A stretch of 64,000 nucleotides of DNA from Desulfovibrionales bacterium (GTDB lineage Bacteria; Desulfobacterota; Desulfovibrionia; Desulfovibrionales; JBKHAV01), in assembly GCA_046542715.1 (NCBI GenBank), contig JBKHAV010000002.1, positions 5,396-69,395 on the forward strand, read 5' to 3'. Under the pieces are notes generated by a model. It was given only the letters and a program-made list of their open reading frames with translations. It did not search any database and was not told the DNA's origin. Below, in pieces: positions 60,555-64,000 of this stretch. Position 1 is the first letter of the stretch. Each line of letters opens with the position of its first letter. A program made the translations under genes and the position numbers.

Positions 60555-63467
60555 CTACAAGACCTTGAACACATTGGCCAGCTGCACCCCTTGTTCTCTG
60601 GCCTGGGCAATAGCCTCCTCCGCCCCCAGGATGGAGACCATTTCCTCGTTTTGCAGCTGCTCGAGAAAAGCGGCGAATTCGCGAAAGTCCTCTCGCCTGG
60701 TGGACAGAATCTCGTTGCGCATGGCCTGACGCAGCTCGTCGGAATCACCGGTAATGTGCCGGAGCATGGAGACGTATCCTTTGGCGTCCGGCAGCAGATA
60801 CTTGTCCATGTCCCCTATGGCGCCGACCACGGCCTTGTTCAGTTCGCCCTCCTCCAGCGGAGTCTCCAGAAGAAATTCCCGGGAGCGGTCAAAGACCTGA
60901 AGCGTGTTCAGGATATTGGGATCACGATAGGAAACGAATGTCATGATCCCGGTCAACCGGTCAAAGAGACAAAACGCCCCGTACGCCCCGCCTCTGACCC
61001 GGACCTGTTCCCAAAGCCAGGAGGCCCGAAGATACCTGCTGACGACCAGGCCGGAGCCGTGGAACCGGTATCCTGCCTTGTGCAGATCCACCACCTTGCC
61101 CACATAGTTGACCTGAGCGGGTATGGTCATGCCCTCGGACTCGAAGCAGCAGTCCACAATTCGTTTTTTCTGTTCCTGGATCTCTTGCTCTGAAACAGAC
61201 TGCGCCAGCTCGATCAGTTCATTGTGATGTTTCTGGAACATGGTCCCGTCCGCTGTGACATTGAGAATCATCCCTTTTTGCGTGAGCAAGTGACGGCGCA
61301 CCGATTCAAGGTTTTCCACCACCCGTTCCCAGTTGTTCTCCACTTCGGAGACCAGGAAACGAAGGAAGAACAGGTAGCTGATTCCGCTCATGCTCTCTTC
61401 GGCCCAATCAGCATCCGAGAACCTGGACCTGAGCCGTAAATCCACAATACGGTGACCGGCCGGAATGAGGGAGCGTTCCAGGGCGGCTTTCTCCTCCAGC
61501 AGAATCTGTTTGAACCGGTTCCGGTCATCCAGTCTGGCCTCCAGGAGGATGTCCCGAAAGATCTCCAGCATGGCCGGGGTTTTGTCGTCCATGGATTTGC
61601 CCCGGAAAAAAAGCCAGGCCGCCCCTCTGGGGTCCTTGAGCGAGCCCGAAGCAAAGGTGTCGGAGTTGATGCCTCCGGTTTGCGATCGGATGCGTTGGGT
61701 CAAACTGACGAAATCCTCTGTGGCAGTGCCCATTTCCAGCAGGGCGCGACCAAAGAGCGGGACATAGGAGATGAGTTTTTGCGGCACCATGTGCAGGTTG
61801 AAGCCCAGGTCCAGATAACAGATTCCATTGGTGGGCACGTCGTGAAACAAAAAGGTGCAGGGTGCGCCTTCGACTTCCTCCAGAGGAATGGTCTTTACCT
61901 CCCGCTCGAGGTCGGAAATCGTAAGCTGGGGGATGGCGTTGAGAGCCTCCGGCGAATCAGGGGTCTCCTGCAACGTGGTCAGTACCTGGGCCTCCTTGCC
62001 TATCTTCTCGAAATCCTCCCTGCTCAGGCCGGTCCGGATCTCTGCCAGCCTGGCCCGCTCCTTCTTCTCCCGGCGCTGCCCAAGGTCCGGATCAGGCGTT
62101 AAAAAGACTGTGCTGCGGTGGGTGTTGGCCAGGAAGTTTTCGCGGATCAATTGTTCGAAAAAAGGTTCTCCCCCTTTGATTCGGCTCTTGATCCGGTCCA
62201 GCGGGTCGTTGAAACGAAGCAGTGCAAGAGGATCTCCGTCATACAGCCAGGTCGTCAAGGAACGGAGCATGACGAGAAGTCCCCGGGGATAGCTGCCGGC
62301 ATTGTTCTCCCGGAGCCTGAATTCAATGGTATTGACAGCGGATTCCACGGTCCGGGGATCGATGCCGTTTTTTGCGACCTCTTCCAGGATTGAAAGCACC
62401 AGATCGCGCACGGTGTTCAAATTTTCCGGTTTGACCCCTTTGAGTCCCGTGGAGAAATAGAGTTGGCGCAGCTCGTCCTCCAGCCCGTGCCCGGCAAGGT
62501 CCTCCCCAAGTCCTGAATCGATGAGCCCCTTTCGCAAAGGGGATGCCGGCATACCCACGAGAATATAGTCCAAAATATTCATGGCCAGATTGTATTCCGG
62601 ATCCAGGGTGTCCCCCAGGAGGAAATTGACCGTGACCATGCCCTTGGACTCCTCCCCTTCGCTTACGTCAAAGGGAAAGGTGAACTCTCGGGGTTCCTCA
62701 AATCGCGGCTGCATGCCGACCTCGGACTGGACCTCCAAAGGTTCGAACTCGTCCAGATAGGCCGCAAGGATCTCGAGGCGTTTCTGCGGATCGTCGTCTC
62801 CGTAGAAAAAAATCCGGGCATTGGAGGGGTTGTAGTACCTGCGGTGAAAATCTGAGAAGTCTTCATAGGTCAAATCAGGGATGACCTCGGGGTGCCCGCC
62901 CGAGTCGAACCCGTAGGTCGTATCCGGGAAAAGGGTCTGCTGGGAGTGCTCGGAAAGCATGCTGTCCGGAGAGGAGTAGGCCCCTTTCATCTCGTTGTAG
63001 ACCACGCCTTTGAACGCGATCCCTGGCGTGCCCTCCCGGGGTTCCAGATGCCATCCCTCCTGCATGAAGATGTACTTGTCGATCCGGGGGTGAAACACCG
63101 CGTCCAGATAGACATCGATCAAATTGTAGAAATCCTGCACGTTTTGGCTGGCCACCGGATAGCAAGTCTTGTCCGGGTAGGTCATGGCATTGAGAAATGT
63201 CTGCAGCGAACCCTTGAGCAGCTCGACAAAAGGTTCCTTGGAAGGATATTTGCGCGATCCGCACAGCACCGAGTGCTCGAGAATATGGGCCACTCCGGTG
63301 GAGTCTGTCGGCGGAGTGCGAAACGAAATGCCGAAAACCTTGTTCTCGTCCTCATTGAGTATGGACAAAACCTCCGCCCCTGTTCGTTCGTGCCTGTACA
63401 GCAGCGCCCTGGAGCCGATCTCTTCGACGTAGTCTTCGCTGATCAAAGTAAATCCGTGGGTATTCAT
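60555..63467 (-). CDS. M16C-family zinc metalloprotease (PreP/presequence-protease-like, about 970 aa)
   Basis: ATG at complement of 63465-63467 after GAGGAG. Inverted zinc motif HILEHSVLCGS. Confidence 0.9.
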   Translation of the reverse strand: MNTHGFTLISEDYVEEIGSRALLYRHERTGAEVLSILNEDENKVFGISFRTPPTDSTGVAHILEHSVLCGSRKYPSKEPFVELLKGSLQTFLNAMTYPDKTCYPVASQNVQDFYNLIDVYLDAVFHPRIDKYIFMQEGWHLEPREGTPGIAFKGVVYNEMKGAYSSPDSMLSEHSQQTLFPDTTYGFDSGGHPEVIPDLTYEDFSDFHRRYYNPSNARIFFYGDDDPQKRLEILAAYLDEFEPLEVQSEVGMQPRFEEPREFTFPFDVSEGEESKGMVTVNFLLGDTLDPEYNLAMNILDYILVGMPASPLRKGLIDSGLGEDLAGHGLEDELRQLYFSTGLKGVKPENLNTVRDLVLSILEEVAKNGIDPRTVESAVNTIEFRLRENNAGSYPRGLLVMLRSLTTWLYDGDPLALLRFNDPLDRIKSRIKGGEPFFEQLIRENFLANTHRSTVFLTPDPDLGQRREKKERARLAEIRTGLSREDFEKIGKEAQVLTTLQETPDSPEALNAIPQLTISDLEREVKTIPLEEVEGAPCTFLFHDVPTNGICYLDLGFNLHMVPQKLISYVPLFGRALLEMGTATEDFVSLTQRIRSQTGGINSDTFASGSLKDPRGAAWLFFRGKSMDDKTPAMLEIFRDILLEARLDDRNRFKQILLEEKAALERSLIPAGHRIVDLRLRSRFSDADWAEESMSGISYLFFLRFLVSEVENNWERVVENLESVRRHLLTQKGMILNVTADGTMFQKHHNELIELAQSVSEQEIQEQKKRIVDCCFESEGMTIPAQVNYVGKVVDLHKAGYRFHGSGLVVSRYLRASWLWEQVRVRGGAYGAFCLFDRLTGIMTFVSYRDPNILNTLQVFDRSREFLLETPLEEGELNKAVVGAIGDMDKYLLPDAKGYVSMLRHITGDSDELRQAMRNEILSTRREDFREFAAFLEQLQNEEMVSILGAEEAIAQAREQGVQLANVFKVL

Positions 63468-63832
63468 GCACACTCCTCGTGTAACGGCAGTCAAACAGCC
63501 GTAGGGTAATTCGTATTCAAAAACCAAAAAACTCTAGACGAAATTTGCATTCTTGACAAAAAAAGGACTCTTTCCAACAGTGATCCTCTCTGCTAGGGAC
63601 TATCCGTCCGGCAGCAGGCAAGATGTGCTTTCCTACGCACAACCCGCCGGACTTTCAACATATCCGGCTGTGAAATCCATGTTCTGCCTGCTCTTTCAGG
63701 ACGCGGCAGAGAAACATTGTCGGTGTGCCGTGTTTGTGGTTGTTTGTAAATCTTACGCGTTGTGACCGGCTGATGTTCATATACTCTCTGGTATTGTCTT
63801 CATCTGTCAGGTACATAAGAAAATTCGACTGA

Positions 63833-64000
<168 letters not shown>

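Noticed and set aside
63553-63765. 70-aa plus-strand ORF in the galE upstream gap.
   Set aside because: It has no RBS, Cys/Val-rich nonsense-like composition and an alternative start codon.

Overview
Overall: this looks like an ordinary, densely packed core-chromosome segment of a moderately GC-rich Gram-negative bacterium. I call about 60 protein-coding genes on both strands. I found no rRNA, tRNA, CRISPR array, transposase or prophage block by eye. The gene content (iorAB, a GAF/sigma-54 enhancer-binding protein, a DHH-CBS-nucleotidyltransferase fusion, YedF, lapAB, lolA, skp) suggests a Desulfobacterota/deltaproteobacterial-type anaerobe; that is inference only.

Recognisable housekeeping blocks:
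- Outer-membrane and LPS functions: slyB-like, skp-like, lolA, DUF374 plus an LpxL-like acyltransferase, lapA-lapB, a GT9 heptosyltransferase-like gene.
- DNA repair and replication: mutS, ligA, uvrB, xerD, rarA.
- Lysine pathway: lysA, dapB.
- N-end-rule module: clpS-clpA-aat.
- Fluoride module: crcB-DUF190.
- Others: proA-nadD, iorA-iorB plus a sigma-54 regulator, mreB, gcvT, rsmE, an M16 PreP-like protease, galE (cut by the window end).

No obvious defence or mobile island is present. Items most worth follow-up:
1. A cysteine synthase fused to a full-length CysRS-like module that appears to have lost its HIGH, KMSKS and Zn-ligand motifs.
2. A 578-aa protein with no domain I can recognise, tightly coupled to a stand-alone gcvT. 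It sits divergent from a Cys-rich mini-protein / tandem-GAF / mreB operon.
3. A co-directional trio of nucleotide-handling genes (DHH-CBS-Pol-beta NTase, a TIGR00725/SLOG-like protein, HIT) starting inside the xerD stop codon.
4. A BrxR/CapW-sized WYL regulator divergent from a zinc-ribbon mini-ORF.
5. A roughly 1-kb AT-rich, low-coding pocket holding an orphan ribbon-helix-helix gene, with helically phased TGTATA repeats in front of it.

Method notes: many long ORFs in the track are antisense shadows of real genes and were rejected. The track translates TTG and GTG starts as M, so several starts were re-picked by hand using RBS context.
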